DNA of 64,000 nt. Source: Eledone cirrhosa (taxonomy: Eukaryota). Each line of letters starts with the position of its first letter. The stretch's first letter is position 1. The DNA lies in assembly GCA_964016885.1 (NCBI GenBank), contig OZ024740.1:397420001-397484000 (forward strand). The letters are read 5' to 3'. The notes under the pieces are model-generated. The model did no database searches and had not been told where the DNA came from. It was given only the letters and a program-made list of their open reading frames with translations. Shown here one piece after another: positions 46,661-59,763 of the stretch. Made by a program: the position numbers and the translations under genes.

Positions 46661-49071
46661 GATAAATCGACTTTGAAATGTGACTTTTATTCTCCGTTGG
46701 ATGTATTTCAATTAATTAATGTTAATATTTCTTTGGGAAATGTGTTAACATTATAACTAACCATGTACATGTGAGAAAATATTATTTAAAAGGAAAGAAA
46801 ACAACAATAAATAATTAGACAGCCAGTGTTTCAAATGTCCAAAATCTGTATTGACTCTAGTGTTGATAAAATAAGTGCAAGTTACATGATCAAAGAAAAT
46901 GTAATGAATTTATGACATTGCTAATATTCTTATATTTCACAATGCTGAAATTAATATATGATCAATCATCTGATAAAACAGTCATATATCTCAGAAAGTT
47001 TAAAGTCTTCAGACATTTCCTTTGTCTATAACTGATGAAGATATTTATTAACTCTATCATCACTTCTGAGATTGTTTACTACAGCAGTAATTCAATTCTC
47101 TTTTAAATCTCTGTTTTGAAAATTTATTAAACATTTAAAATTTTTCGAAACATATATACCATTGCATTGTTGCTAAATTTCATTTAGAATACATTACAAG
47201 TATAATTTTTCCCAAGAGTAAGCACTCAAAATTTTTTTTTTAATTTAGTCTATAAAATAAGTAGGAAAAATATTGTTTTAAAAAAACTACTTAAAAAGCT
47301 AAAGTAAAATACAAAACATAAATATAAAAGATGACCTCACTAGTTAAAAATATTAAAATGGATATAGCAAAAGAAATCCTAAAATAACTATTGTTGGCTA
47401 CATACATTACATAAGCTTATTGTAAGTCAACAAGAGAGCTTCTACGTTGTTGCTTGACCTATTAGTAAGAACTACCAAATCTTTCAAATCACATTTTAGT
47501 CTTAAATAAGGAAAGAACATGAAATAACATTTGATAATAATTTTACACGCCCCTAAAAACATGGGATGGTCACAGCTGGAACATCTTTGTTCCTAGATTT
47601 GTTTGATTAAGACTGACCTGGAGGATAAACAACAAAAGCAATGGAAGCTATTGAGAACCAATGAGGTAGTCTCTATGTGGTTGGACAAGCTGCTAGAAAA
47701 AACAATCAAATTCTCCTCCAGCCACACCCTACCATCTTAAAAATTGAAGGGTAGAATTTAGATAATAGTCCTGCATATAGTATCTGAAAATGATTCGTAA
47801 TGGTCATGGCTTGAACATTTTTATCATTTCTACTCAAAGAGCATTTACTTGGGGTTAAACAAATATATGGAGCTAATAAATTTCAACTTGGACTTAATCT
47901 ACAAAAGCATCAACTATTTGATTGCTTTTCTATCTTTCAATAAACAATAAAATACACCTGTAGAGAATGTATGGAAGATTTGGAGAGAAATAGTGAGGTC
48001 AGATCTAAGAATGTTTGGTTTCTAGAGATGCTGAATCAATACAACTGGAGAGATGTTGTATTATAAATGTGTCTGACACATCTCAGCATGGGAAAATAGA
48101 TATTAAAATGATGATGGTGATGATGACGATGATGATGATGACAACAAGGAGGTCTGAACAATTCTGAACATTTGGAGTCTATGTGCATTCTTACTCATTG
48201 CTCACTGGTTCCAGGTAATCTTGAAAACATCCCTGTTGGCATCATTATTATTATCATAGTCATTACCATCATCCACATCATCATCATCAACATCACTATC
48301 ACTCCAACTACCACCATTGCCATCAGCACCAGTATTGTCTACAAAGAAAAGATATTGATTTTGAATGAATGATAATTATTTATTCCTACCATTTATCTGG
48401 GAGACATTTTTCGTGAAACAGAACACTTCAGATGATATCCTAAAAGCTTCTGACCTCTAACATTTTACTTATGTCTCAGCCAACTCACCAACTAAAGTGA
48501 TTTGTTTCTTTCCAATATATATTTTTCCAATATTTGTTTGTATCATACAGAAATCTTCTCTAACAAGTGAAGTAGTAAACTTTAACACATTTGACTAAGA
48601 TATTAGAGTTGAATTAAATGTTATGTGTTACTTTATCTCCAACAATACAGCAGGTAGAGAGAGGCATTGTTATTTACTTGGCAGAGGAGTTATTCTCCTA
48701 CTCTATGCAAGCATAACAAGGCAAATGAAATCAGTGTGGTGGATATTCAGCTTGAACTTCTGTATATTTGTCCCTGTAGGCAACTTCTACATAATTACTT
48801 GACTTGCTAGAAATATTAGCCAAATTTCTACCCTTGCCATTTAAAAGAAAAGTAAGGATACGTTGGATGATGAAATCATAGGTGTACAAAAAAGATGGAA
48901 TGACCATGGCTGGAACACCTTTGATCATAGGCCTGCTTGATCAAGGCTGACCTGGAGCTAAAAAACAACAGCAATGTAGGCATGAAGTGAGTTTCAGAAA
49001 GATGTGATTCTGTGTACAAAAGAATGAAGTGTTAAGTATAGAGTTTGAAGAGAAGTAAACAGTTGATTTAA

Positions 49072-49314
49072 CTCTTTAGCATTTAAACCAGCTGTATCCG
49101 GCCAGAATTCTCTCACCTCTTTCTGTTCAAACCAGCTGTAACTGGCTGCTCATACTGATGTTAAGGTATTGTTCTCAAAATAAATAATATCAAAATCTCA
49201 CAGATTCAATATTATGTGAGGTAATTCCTCAGAATTACCTCACATAATATTAAAGGTAAACCCTTTACCAGGAAAATATAATAGTAAATATAGTGTAATG
49301 TAAATGTTAAAGGG
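49072..49314. mobile_element. piggyBac-like MITE, second copy
   Basis: TTAA flanks; homologous to 44582-44802. Confidence 0.88.
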
Positions 49315-49629
49315 TTAAGGCAGTTTTCACATCCAGAGGGCAGAAGCTCTGATAATCAATGATTAAAAAGCAAAGAGGAAATTTTTATCTGTCATCAGTT
49401 AGCAGTTGATGAGTGTTGATAAGTGAATCTCTGTCAATCGGTTGAATTGTTTTCTTTTAGAATCAGTGTGTAATGTTTGTATATGTAGAAGCAACACCTC
49501 ACTAGATATGTGAGCCGTACTTTACACTTGTGCACTGTAGAGTGTTAGCAATGTCAGGCTTCAAGCTATTTGTGGGGATACTTCTTGGAGGTAGTTTTTG
49601 CAATATTTTAGAAGTGTTCCAATAAGTGA

Positions 49630-49990
49630 AGCTACTATTAATACATCTATGTTTCAAACATGTCATCCTCATAAAAATTTGCATACCAAAACAGTTTCTC
49701 TGTGATGAGCTTGCTACAAGGAAGAGAACAGCTGGCAGCCAGAAAACATACTACAAAGAAATCCTGAATATAACATTCAAAGTCAATAGTTTTGACTTAG
49801 AATCCTAGGAACAACTATGGCACATCTTCATTACCAAGGGTCCAAAATCCTTGAAAGTGACATGCATTTAGGCAACAGAATCCAAGTGTAAGTTTTTCAA
49901 AACTCAGTTGGCATCTATATGTGGCTGTTATTTCTACATTAGAATTGATTTATCAGCTATTCATGGACAGATCAAATTCAGTTCTGTATC
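49630..49990 (+). pseudogene. old BovB-like RTE 3' relic
   Basis: HV....CIPKQFLCDEL..RKRTAGSQK..YKE.L..T.K motif. Confidence 0.6.
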
Positions 49991-50108
49991 CAAAATCATG
50001 GTCTTCATTGGTCACTGATGGATAGACACATACACAGGTGTACTCATCAGAGTTGGGTAACTTTTGCATTTATAAAGAGCTTCAAATTTTATATTGTGTT
50101 ATCTATTG

Positions 50109-50458
50109 GAGACACATGGCTTAGTGGTTAGAGCATTGGCCTTGCAATCGAAAAGTTGTGAGTTAAATTCTCAGACCGGGTGATGTGTTGTTTCCTTGAG
50201 CAAGACACTTTATTTCACATTGCTCCAGTTTACTCAGCTGTAGAAATGAGATGATAGGGTCTGGTGTCCCTATCATTCCACTGCAAAGTGGTCGTGGAGG
50301 TGCCACGGCAAAAAAGCACCCAGCACTCACTGTAAATGAGGTTGGTGTTAGGAAGGGCATCCAGCTGTAGAAATCAAGCCAGAATCAGTTCCCGTCCCAC
50401 CCTTGCAAGCAGGGAAAAGCAGACGTAAAATTATGATGATGATGATGATGATGATGAT
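50109..50458 (+). mobile_element. chimeric SINE: same head as 45786 + RTE-B 3' UTR segment + RTE-C terminus + (GAT)n
   Basis: 50109-50277 matches 45786-45955; about 50283-50390 matches parts of 32935-33086; 50391-50458 matches 35291-35355. Confidence 0.88.
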
Positions 50459-51535
50459 TGGTAGTATTGCTTAGTTGTTCTTTTGTAATATATATATAGC
50501 TACTGAATTTTGTAATATTCCTATTGGAACATATTTTAGAGTGCTCTATTCATGGAATAATAGCAGACCTGTTGTTTTGTGTCCAGATTGCTTATGGGTG
50601 ACACCAGTACACTGAAGGTCAGTGAGGAGTGAAAGGTGGTATCATTTGTATAGAAGGGTGTGGTGTTAATAGCAATGTACAGATGGAAGAGTTTATGCAA
50701 CACAAGCAAACATGGAGCACACCAGAGGTGATAAAATGTAGATTAGAAAATGTACAATTGATGCACATTGTAATGGGTTGATCTGATGGAAAACACCTGA
50801 CACAAGAAATGAGATGAATGGATGCCCAATTCCACTAGCAGGGTCATTTTGCCAAAGAATCTTTTATCAGACATGATTGGTAACTTTGCTTACATGAAAA
50901 GGGCAATAATATTGCTCCCATCAAAGTTCTCACAGGTCAGAGGTCACTGATGTGTGACAAATTTACACTAGATCTGGAAATAAATCCACTGAAAATGTTT
51001 TCCATTTCGACAACATTTGTGGACTTCAAGTCAATATTCACCCTAACAATCTCCTGAAGCTTTTACTAATACATGCTCAATCTCTGCAATGCTGAATGTT
51101 TTGTTTTTAATTCTATGCAGTAACATATGCTAGTGGAAAGGGAATAGTAAGTGCACGTGTGTGTGTGAGAGAGAGGGGTAGACAGACAGACAGGCAGACA
51201 GACAGAACTAAAAGAGGAATTACATTTTAAAACATGTCACATTGTGGGAAAGGGGTGGTTGGAGTGTGTGCATGAAAAAGTAGCTTGTTATATAAATTTA
51301 TTCAATTTATTTTGTTGTGCTGTATAAATATAATTAAATACCCTATATATGTATATCTCCTTATAATATATAACCAGCAATTTCGCTGTCTGTCTGTCCG
51401 ACAGTGGAAACACGTGCGCGCATGCGAATGTTTTTTGCGCACGCGACGCGTAGAGAGAGAGTGAGAATGAAAGAAAGAGATAGACTACAAGAGGGGGATA
51501 GCGGGAGGGAGAGAGGGGGGAATTGAGGAGTGCTA

Positions 51536-51738
51536 CAGAAACATATATACATTTCTGTGTGTGTGTAATATATATATATATACACACACAGAAATATATA
51601 TATATACACACAGAAATATATATACATTTCTGTGTGTGTAATATATATATATATACACACAGAAATATATATACATTTCTGTGTGTGTAATATATATATA
51701 TATACACACAGAAATATATATACATTTCTGTGTGTGTA

Positions 51739-51769
<31 letters not shown>

Positions 51770-51960
51770 GAAATATATATACATTTCTGTGTGTGTAATA
51801 TATATATATATATATACACACAGAAATATATATATATTTCCGTGTGTGTATATATATATATATTACACACACAGAAATGTATATATATTTCTGTGTGTAT
51901 ATATATATATATTACACACACAGAAATGTATATATATATACACACAGAAATATATATACA
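51536..51960. repeat. about 42-bp hairpin minisatellite, block 1, partly inverted
   Basis: Unit CACACAGAAATATATATACATTTCTGTGTGTGTAA(TA)n; orientation flips near 51830-51940. Confidence 0.9.
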
Positions 51961-52200
51961 TCCCTTAGCTACTGTATTGTATCTGTTGCTATCTCTCTCT
52001 CTCTCCAGCTATCCCTCTCTTTTAGTCTGTCTGTTTCTCTCACTCTCACTCTTTCTCTTTGTAACACACTAACATTCCTCCCCTCTATCACTGTGAAGAA
52101 TGGGGAGATGGAGGAGGAGGAGGAGGAGAGAGTCACTTCGTCACTTCACCTCTGCCTTTCTTTCTCTCCCCTCTCACTCCCTCATTACGTACAGACATTA

Positions 52201-52392
52201 GGGCGGTGGATTGGCAGAATCTGTAGAGAGTCGGACACCATGCTTCATAGCATGGAGTTACGTCCCTTTACGGTCTGAGTTCAAATACCGCCGAGGTTAA
52301 CTTTGCCTTTCATCCTCACGGGGTCGATAAAATAAAGTACCAGTAATGTACTGGGTAATTGCTGGCCTTGTGCCAAAAGTAGAAACAATTAT
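52201..52392 (+). mobile_element. tRNA-derived SINE
   Basis: Same family as 395-574. Confidence 0.9.
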
Positions 52393-52511
52393 TAGAAACA
52401 TTGCTTCATTTTTACATATCTAAGCATTAGTAAAATAACTAATAATTTCAAAAGTAATTTTTCAATTCCAATTGTTATGAACAGCAAAACATTAATAATA
52501 ATTTTGTTCTA

Positions 52512-52758
52512 AGAAATATATATACATTTCTGTGCGTGTAATATATATATATATACACACACAGAAATATATATACATTTCTGTGTGTGTAATATATATA
52601 TATACACACAGAAATATATATACATTTCTGTGTGTGTAATATATATATATATACACACACAGAAATATATATATATACACACAGAAATATATATACATTT
52701 CTGTGTGTGTAATATATATATATAAACACACAGAAATATATATACATTTCTGTGTGTG

Positions 52759-52799
<41 letters not shown>

Positions 52800-52882
52800 G
52801 AAATATATATACATTTCTGTGTGTGTAATATATATATATATATATATACACACACAGAAATATATATACATTTCTGTGTGGG

Positions 52883-52921
<39 letters not shown>

Positions 52922-52930
52922 GAAATATAT
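52512..52930. repeat. about 42-bp hairpin minisatellite, block 2
   Basis: Same unit as block 1. Confidence 0.9.
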
Positions 52931-52939
52931 GGGCATTTC

Positions 52940-52973
<34 letters not shown>

Positions 52974-53477
52974 CTTCCCTAAAACTCAAATGTAGGTGCT
53001 ACAGAAATATTACCTTCCCCTTCCTTTCTCCACTTTGGTACTACCAAGAGAAACACTGTCGCTATAGAAACATTACCTTCCCTCTCCGCTGACTTTGGTC
53101 ACTGAGGCCGAGGGAATCGCTGGCTGCTATAGAGACACCTTGCACAAGCCAGAAGTAACCAGTTCGAGGCAGTTCTGACTTGACACCATGCCAAGGACCA
53201 TTTGAAGATATATTTCCATCGTTATATCATAACGTTTATGTATCATAACGTTTATATTTCCGTCACTAATCTCTTTTTCTCCTTTTTCGTTTTAACATAT
53301 ATTTATTTCAAAGATTTCACCGGATAGCTAACATATATATTTATACATGCATAAAAGACACACCGAGAGACGGTGAACATGTGGTGCCGAAAACATTTCT
53401 CATCCAAATCTCAACAATATCAGTATATACACTAGATTTACTAGCAGAAAACCGCCCACCGGGTGGTTTTCTGCTAG

Positions 53478-54386
53478 TCTATATATATAAAACTGAGGAT
53501 GTCTGTCTGTGTGTGTGTGAGTTCGAATCCCTAAAACTCGAAAACCGCCCAACCGACTGTTTTCAAACTTTACACATGTAATACTTATGTTTCAGGGAGT
53601 GTTCTGAGCAAAAAGAATTTCAAATTTTCAATGCCCTAGGGGTTGCATTAGGCGATTTAGCGATCTCGCTCTATAACTCTTAGTCTTTCTCTTTTTAGAT
53701 AGATACATACATATAACGTCGCGCCCTTATAATATCTGTCTGTATGTCTGACTGTCTACATTACGTCACTTCCCTCAGGATGTCTGTCTGTGTGTGTGTG
53801 TGTGTGTGTGTGAGTTTGAATCCCTTAAACTCGAAAAGTACCCAACCGATTTTTTCAAACTTTACATGTGTATTACTTATGTTTCAGGGAGTGTTATGCA
53901 CATAAAAAATTCAACTTTTTTTTATCTCATAGGGCCCGCATTAGATGAAAAACTGCGTTTTTTAAGATTTGGGGGGTTTTTTGAGGCATTACGTCAGACT
54001 GATTTCCTTGAAATTGTAACTATGTATTAGTCAGTTTCTTCTTCATACCGTAAGCAAAGAAAATCCAACTTTCTTATGGCCTAGGTGAAAAACTTCATTT
54101 TTTCAGCTTCTTTGGGCTTTTTGGAGGCGTTATGTCTAGCCGATTTTCCCGAAATTTCAAGGCATAAAAAAAATTCATTTTATTGATACCCTAGGGCCCG
54201 CATTAGGTGAAAACCTGCATTTTTCCTGCTTCATCGGGGAAAATCTTAAAGATTATCCAGCCATCAGAGTATTCGGTTTATTTTCTTTACATATTGTCCA
54301 GGCATGCAATTTTTCCACGATTAGGTCTGTTGGCGGCCCGCGTTCCAAAATACCCTATCCCGTGCAACGCCGGGTACCACTGCTAG
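53478..54386 (+). mobile_element. non-autonomous Helitron
   Basis: 5' TCTATATATATAAAA; subterminal hairpin CCCGTGCAACGCCGGG; 3' CTAG followed by T; internal duplications. Confidence 0.85.
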
Positions 54387-54791
54387 TAATTTATAAATAA
54401 ATCATTTAAAATGTCATATTTATCTTTAATACTTAATAGTTATTTCTAATTAAACTGTGGAGTTTCCCTGGGGTCAGCTATTAAGAATTAATAAAGAAAT
54501 AGGAAAAATCTTTAATATAAAAGATTAAACTCAAAACCAGTTATATTTTTAATGTAATATATGTTTCTTTATTAGCCACAGGGGCACAAAAGAAGGGGAC
54601 AAATACAAAGGGGGAAGTTTACATTCAATAAAAACGTGTAAAATATTATCACAAATGCAATTTAAAAATCAATCGATTTCCCCCAATAGGTGGAGACATT
54701 ACATATGAGTAACACATACCCCCGAAAAAATGTGCAACCCTCATCTCCAGGAGTACGAAGAGCGAGCACCCCTTTCCTCTTTTTCCTCAAC

Positions 54792-57700
54792 CTACAGGCT
54801 GATATAGAGAGAAGGCCCATTCACTCGGGCCATTCTCGCCACTTTCACCCACCTTTCATAAAACTTGCTGGGGTACAGCACCTCTCTCTCCATCCTGATT
54901 CTTCTTCTAAAGTGGTATTTGAAAAAAAGAATCAGTTGTTGGCCAGAGATAAAGGTGTCTGACCTCAGCCCTTTTAACCTCGTCCACCATACAACCTCTT
55001 TCGCCATAGCTATCACACAAAGGAAAACCGCCTCTCCTTCGTTTTTGAAGGAGGGTGGTGGTTTGATCATGACAATGGACTCGGTGGTCAACCGGATTGG
55101 TCCCCACTCGCGACAATAGTCGTTCTACATAGCCACACAGGTCGGTAACGCCCGGGCAATGTACGAATGCGTGCGCGACGGTTTCTTCGTCTCGCACGCA
55201 TCTCGGACAGATCTTTTTTGAAGGGTCCCTGCCCGGACCCCGTGTCTGTAGAGCTTGTCTCGAACTGGTAGAGCTCCTCGGTAGCACTGACAGGACAAGG
55301 ATTTTTGGAAGTTGTCCATCGGTCCCGGGCGGAAAGTCCATTCGAACAGACTGGCCAGTTCGTCTTCCTCTGCGCCTAGAGTTTCTCCGAGCGCGTCGTC
55401 GCACTTGTTGCGGACCAACCCTCTATAGAATGACGAAGTGGAGTCTCCACTGATCGCCGGGTCCGCCTGCCAGAGGGCTGTGAGCGCCTGTGCCAGTCGC
55501 CCATTTTCCTCGGTCTTTGCTTGACCCAGGACTGCAGCTCGGTCAGCGAGACGAGTCGTGGGAAGGCTCGCCTCACGAACGGGGCCCACACCGGTTGTCC
55601 GGTGAGGAATACGTGGAGGTGCCGTAGCCTTAGCGCGTGTTTGCGCATCCCCATCCCTCCGTTGGAAGGGTGTTGGCAGCAGATGGATCTTCTCACCAAA
55701 GAAGCCTGCTTCTTGCAAAGGAGTTGGAAGAGGACGCGCTTCATTTTGGTGAGCGTTTTGGCTGGACAAGGCACGACGGTCAAGCGGTAGTAGATGACGG
55801 ACGCTATAAAAGTGTTCGCCACCTCCGCTCGACCTTTCAAGGATAGTTTGCACTCGGCCCACTTCTGGGTGAGTGCAAACACCTTGGCCGTCACCTCGTT
55901 CCTGTTCTTCTCCACCTGGAGGTCCGGACCAAACCAGACCCCGAGCAGCTTCACCGGTCTTTCTTTCCAGCGTCCGACGATCCAAGTTGCAAACCGATAT
56001 ACATGTCTCGGTTCAGCTTCGCTCCTGTGAACCATTCGTATTCCTTCAGTAAGGTGCCGACTTCCTCGATTTGCGAGGTGCTCGACACCATTACTGTCAC
56101 GTGGTCGGCGTAGGCCGACGCCGCTTTTCGCAGTCCCGGTTCCAGAGGAATGCCCTGCAATAGCTCCAACTTCAGTACGTACGTACAGAAGTGAAGAGAG
56201 AGCTCCAGTACGTACAGAAGGGAAGAGAGAGGGCTTCCCTCTCGGATGGATCGCGTGATATGGAACGGCTCCAAGAGGTAACCGTTCACCTTGACCCTTG
56301 AGCAGATGTTGCTGCTGTGCATTGCAGCAATCCAGCCCCTGAACACGGGTCCGAATTCTGCCGCCTCGAGCACCGCATCCAGGTAACAATGGTCAACCCT
56401 ATCGAAAGCCTTAGACTGATCCAAGTTGATAAGGGCCCCACCGAAGCCGGGTTTACACCCTACCTTCTCTACGATGTATCGCATGAGGTGGAGGTTGTCG
56501 TGTATGGACCTGGTCGGGATTGCGCATGTCTGCGCTTTTCCCACCAGGTTTTCGACGACAAGCACCAGCCTCTTTGCCAACACCTTGGCCAAAATCTGTA
56601 ACTCTGTGTTTAGCAGAGTTATGGGCCGGAAATTGCTTATGTCATCCCTCTTATTCTCGTCCTTCATGACTAGCATGACTATGCCCTTGGTCACAGAATT
56701 GGTAATTCTCCCATTCGGCTGCCAGTTGCAGTTGACCGCTTCCAGGAGAACAGAGAACAAGTCCGGCATTGCTACATAAAATTCGTAGGGTAGACCGTCG
56801 AGACCTGGAGATTTGCGATTGCCGAATTGGCTCAGCGCGTCTCCTATCTCAGCAGCTGAAATCGGCCTTTCGCAGAACTTCGCCTCGCTGTCCGAGAGTC
56901 GCGGCAGACCGTCGAGGTATGGACCGAAATCCATAGCCCCTCCTGGCACGCCGCCCTGCCTGAACAGTTGACCAAAGTGCCGCTGAAAGGCCGTGCACAT
57001 CTGCTTCGGCTCACATATCACGCGTCCGTTTTGGTCCTTCAAAGACCGAATCGTGGACTTGTTGCCACTTTTCGCCTCCGTCACTCGGGCCCAGCTAAAA
57101 GCTTTGGCTCCCTCGTTAACCAGAGCACGTATTTTGCTTCTGACAATGCAGCCTTCATGCTTTGCGTCGAAGAACTGGTTCAAGGCCGTTCTCATCGCCA
57201 GCACGCTGGCTACGTTGCCACTTCTAATTGCCTCTTCTACTTTATCTACCAGTTCCTTCTCGGTCCTATTTCTATCAAACGCTAATTCTTTACTAAAAAC
57301 TAACGATTATAATCTAACTGCCCTCTTGAGAGAGTACCACCATCTGTTATTGACAATGGCCCCTGTCAAGTGCTGTTTAACTAAAGTGGTAATCCATCTA
57401 CTGTAGGCTTTGCATGTCGGTAATGACAAGTTCAGCTTCCAGTAGCCGGGTCCTTATCTATGGGTTCTATCAAGGTTTACTTTGCAGGTCACTAGTTTGT
57501 GATCTGAATAGGTAACCATGAACATTTGTGGACAGCTTAACATGTCCCTATCCTTATTTCTAACTAGAACCCTATCTAGGTACGCTCTAGATGTTCCACT
57601 GAAATTAGTCCACGTCCACAGTGGCACAGTCGGAAAATCTAGTCGATATCTATCGGCCAGGTCAAATCGGCCGATTAACTGTTTGAGGCTGTTACACCCC

Positions 57701-58178
57701 CCTTTATCGGGACATGCTACCACATAGTCCCACCGTGCATCTAGGATTCCATTCCAGTCCCCCACTAAAAGCAAGGAGCGGGACGTTCCCAGAAAAGTCT
57801 CTAGACGTTTGAAGAAGTCTGGCCGTGGAGTCCCGGATGGGGCATATGCGGCCACCAGCCTGAAGGCTCCACCTTCACTACCGTCAACGTCTAGGACCAC
57901 CAGTCGACCCTCCGGGTCCAGATGTACCGTCTGTGTTACGAGGCCCAGGTGTTTCCTCAGCAAAACGGCAACCCCGCGTCACCTCCCGGCTGACATAGAA
58001 ATGCGTAGATCTCATAGTCATCGAAGATGGGAACCAGCTGTCGCTTGCTGTGGATCCTGGACTCGCAGATGGCAATTACATCCATACTGTGCGACCTGAG
58101 ATCGTTTAAGAGTTTGCCCTGTTTCCAGGGCATCCCCAGGCCGTGCACATTCACACAACCGACTCTTACATTCGCCAT
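54792..58178 (-). pseudogene. Tx1 ORF2 (APE-RT-zfRVT), broken into several frames
   Basis: VGCVNVHGL, GDWN, YLDRVL, SDHK; KSPGLDG, NFRPITLLN, LDQSKAFDRV, AYADHV; CPRC..ETVAHAFVHC. Confidence 0.9.
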
Positions 58179-58189
58179 GTCGGTAAGGA

Positions 58190-59763
58190 AGAGTTGGAAA
58201 AGAAAAGGAAAAGTTAACTCACCTTTTCGTTTCCTGGAGAGCGAGTCGCTCAAGTTCCATGGCGGTGTTGGAGGGGTTGTCTGGGTAGGTGGTGGTTTCC
58301 GGCGGGGTGGGGACGGGGATGTTTGGTGGGGAGGGGTTTCTGGTGGGATGGGTGTGTCTGGGGTGGCGGTGTCTGTGGTGGGGAGACATTTGAGAAGGAC
58401 GCGGTTAAGTGGTTTCACGCAGGAATTCCCCACATCCTTTTCAAATGTTTCTTTTAGGGACCTATAAGTTTGTATAGGGACCCTAATCAGTTTTAGGTTC
58501 GGTTTTTTATTATTTTTATTAGAGTTTGCGAAAGTTTTCCCTTCGGTTTTCACCAAAGGGTTGTTCGTGATGGTCTCCATTAGTGTTTTGTTTTCAGTGT
58601 TTATGTGTAAGTGTTTGTATTTGTCTGTAGTTCTTGTGTGTGCTTTCGTTTTGTTGTAGGTATTTTGTTTTCAGGAAGGTGGGGGTTTTGTTTGTGATGT
58701 TTTTGTTGTTTGTGTTGGTGGTTGTATGTTTGTGGTAGTGTTTGCTGGTTTTTTGTTTTTGTGGTGCCTTTTTTTTCTTTTCGAGCGATGGGGTTCTTCC
58801 TCGTCTTCACTGGGTGATGGCGAGATAGCCTCATCTGTTGTATCGTCTGTGTGATTGGGGAGGGGTATGTCTTGGGGAGCTGTTGTATCTGTATGTCATT
58901 TTGCAGTGGTTTTAGGTGGAGTGTGGTTGGGTGTTTGTTGTGGTTATTTTTGTGTGTTGGTGTTGTTGTTGTGGTGGTGGTGGTGGTGGTTGTGTTATTT
59001 TGATGGGTGTCGGCAGAAGATTCTTTTTTTGACTCATTAATTGAGGACAGGAAGCCCTCAGGTTACCCTGATAAAGCAGTAGTAACATGAAGGCCGCCTA
59101 CCCTCAACCGAAAAGTTTATGTAGGTGAGTCCATCCAGGAGTACACGTTGTGGGATCCTATCTATTCGTTCTGGGCTCATTTGCACCAGAACTTCAATGT
59201 TAGTCCCATTAAATATATCTCTGGGGAACTTTCCTACTGACAGTATTCTGTCTTCATCAAAATTGATGAAGCCGCACAGTATCAACGATATGTTTACCTT
59301 TGGTGTGACACTTGTGATTCTGGTCTTTTGTGTCCTTTTTCCCATGTATGTGGAGGAAAAGGTATACAGGTTGGATACAATTGGTGACACAGAGTAATTT
59401 TGGGCCGTCAATTGATCCTTCATGAGTACCGAAATACTCCCAAAGTGTATTTGAATGAATGAAATATCATTCATTGAATTTTTGAAAACCAGTTCAATTT
59501 CTTTCTGTGATAATTGGACCGGTTTTCGGGTAGAATTGGAAACTATCCTAAAAACTATCGTTTTGAGGGCAGTTTCCTTACGAATTTCTACAGGGGAATT
59601 GATGCTGAAAGCACCATTCTTTTCAAAAGTAACATATCTCCTAGCGTCCTTTAGAAGTTGTTCGGCATTTGATATGTCGAGATATGTTAATTCCTCCTTT
59701 TTCAGAACTGTGCAAAGGAATTTTTGGTTTCTTTGTGGAATTGTCCGTGTTGGTGGTGTTGTC
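58190..59763 (-). pseudogene. Tx1 ORF1 (gag-like, zinc knuckle, Thr/Pro-rich tail)
   Basis: VEGRRPSCYYC followed, after a frameshift, by RASCP; low-complexity T/P/K tail. Confidence 0.7.

Larger units (their letters stand above)
54562..59763 (-). mobile_element. near full-length Tx1-like LINE with 15-bp TSD, frameshifted
   Basis: TSD TTTTAATGTAATATA at 54547-54561 and 59764-59778; ORF1 and ORF2 remnants; ends AATAAAGAAACA. Confidence 0.92.

Noticed and set aside
51288-52989. Long YI-rich ORFs and a CRISPR-like repeat look
   Set aside because: Minisatellite; the spacers are only variable (TA)n, there are no cas genes, and the context is eukaryotic
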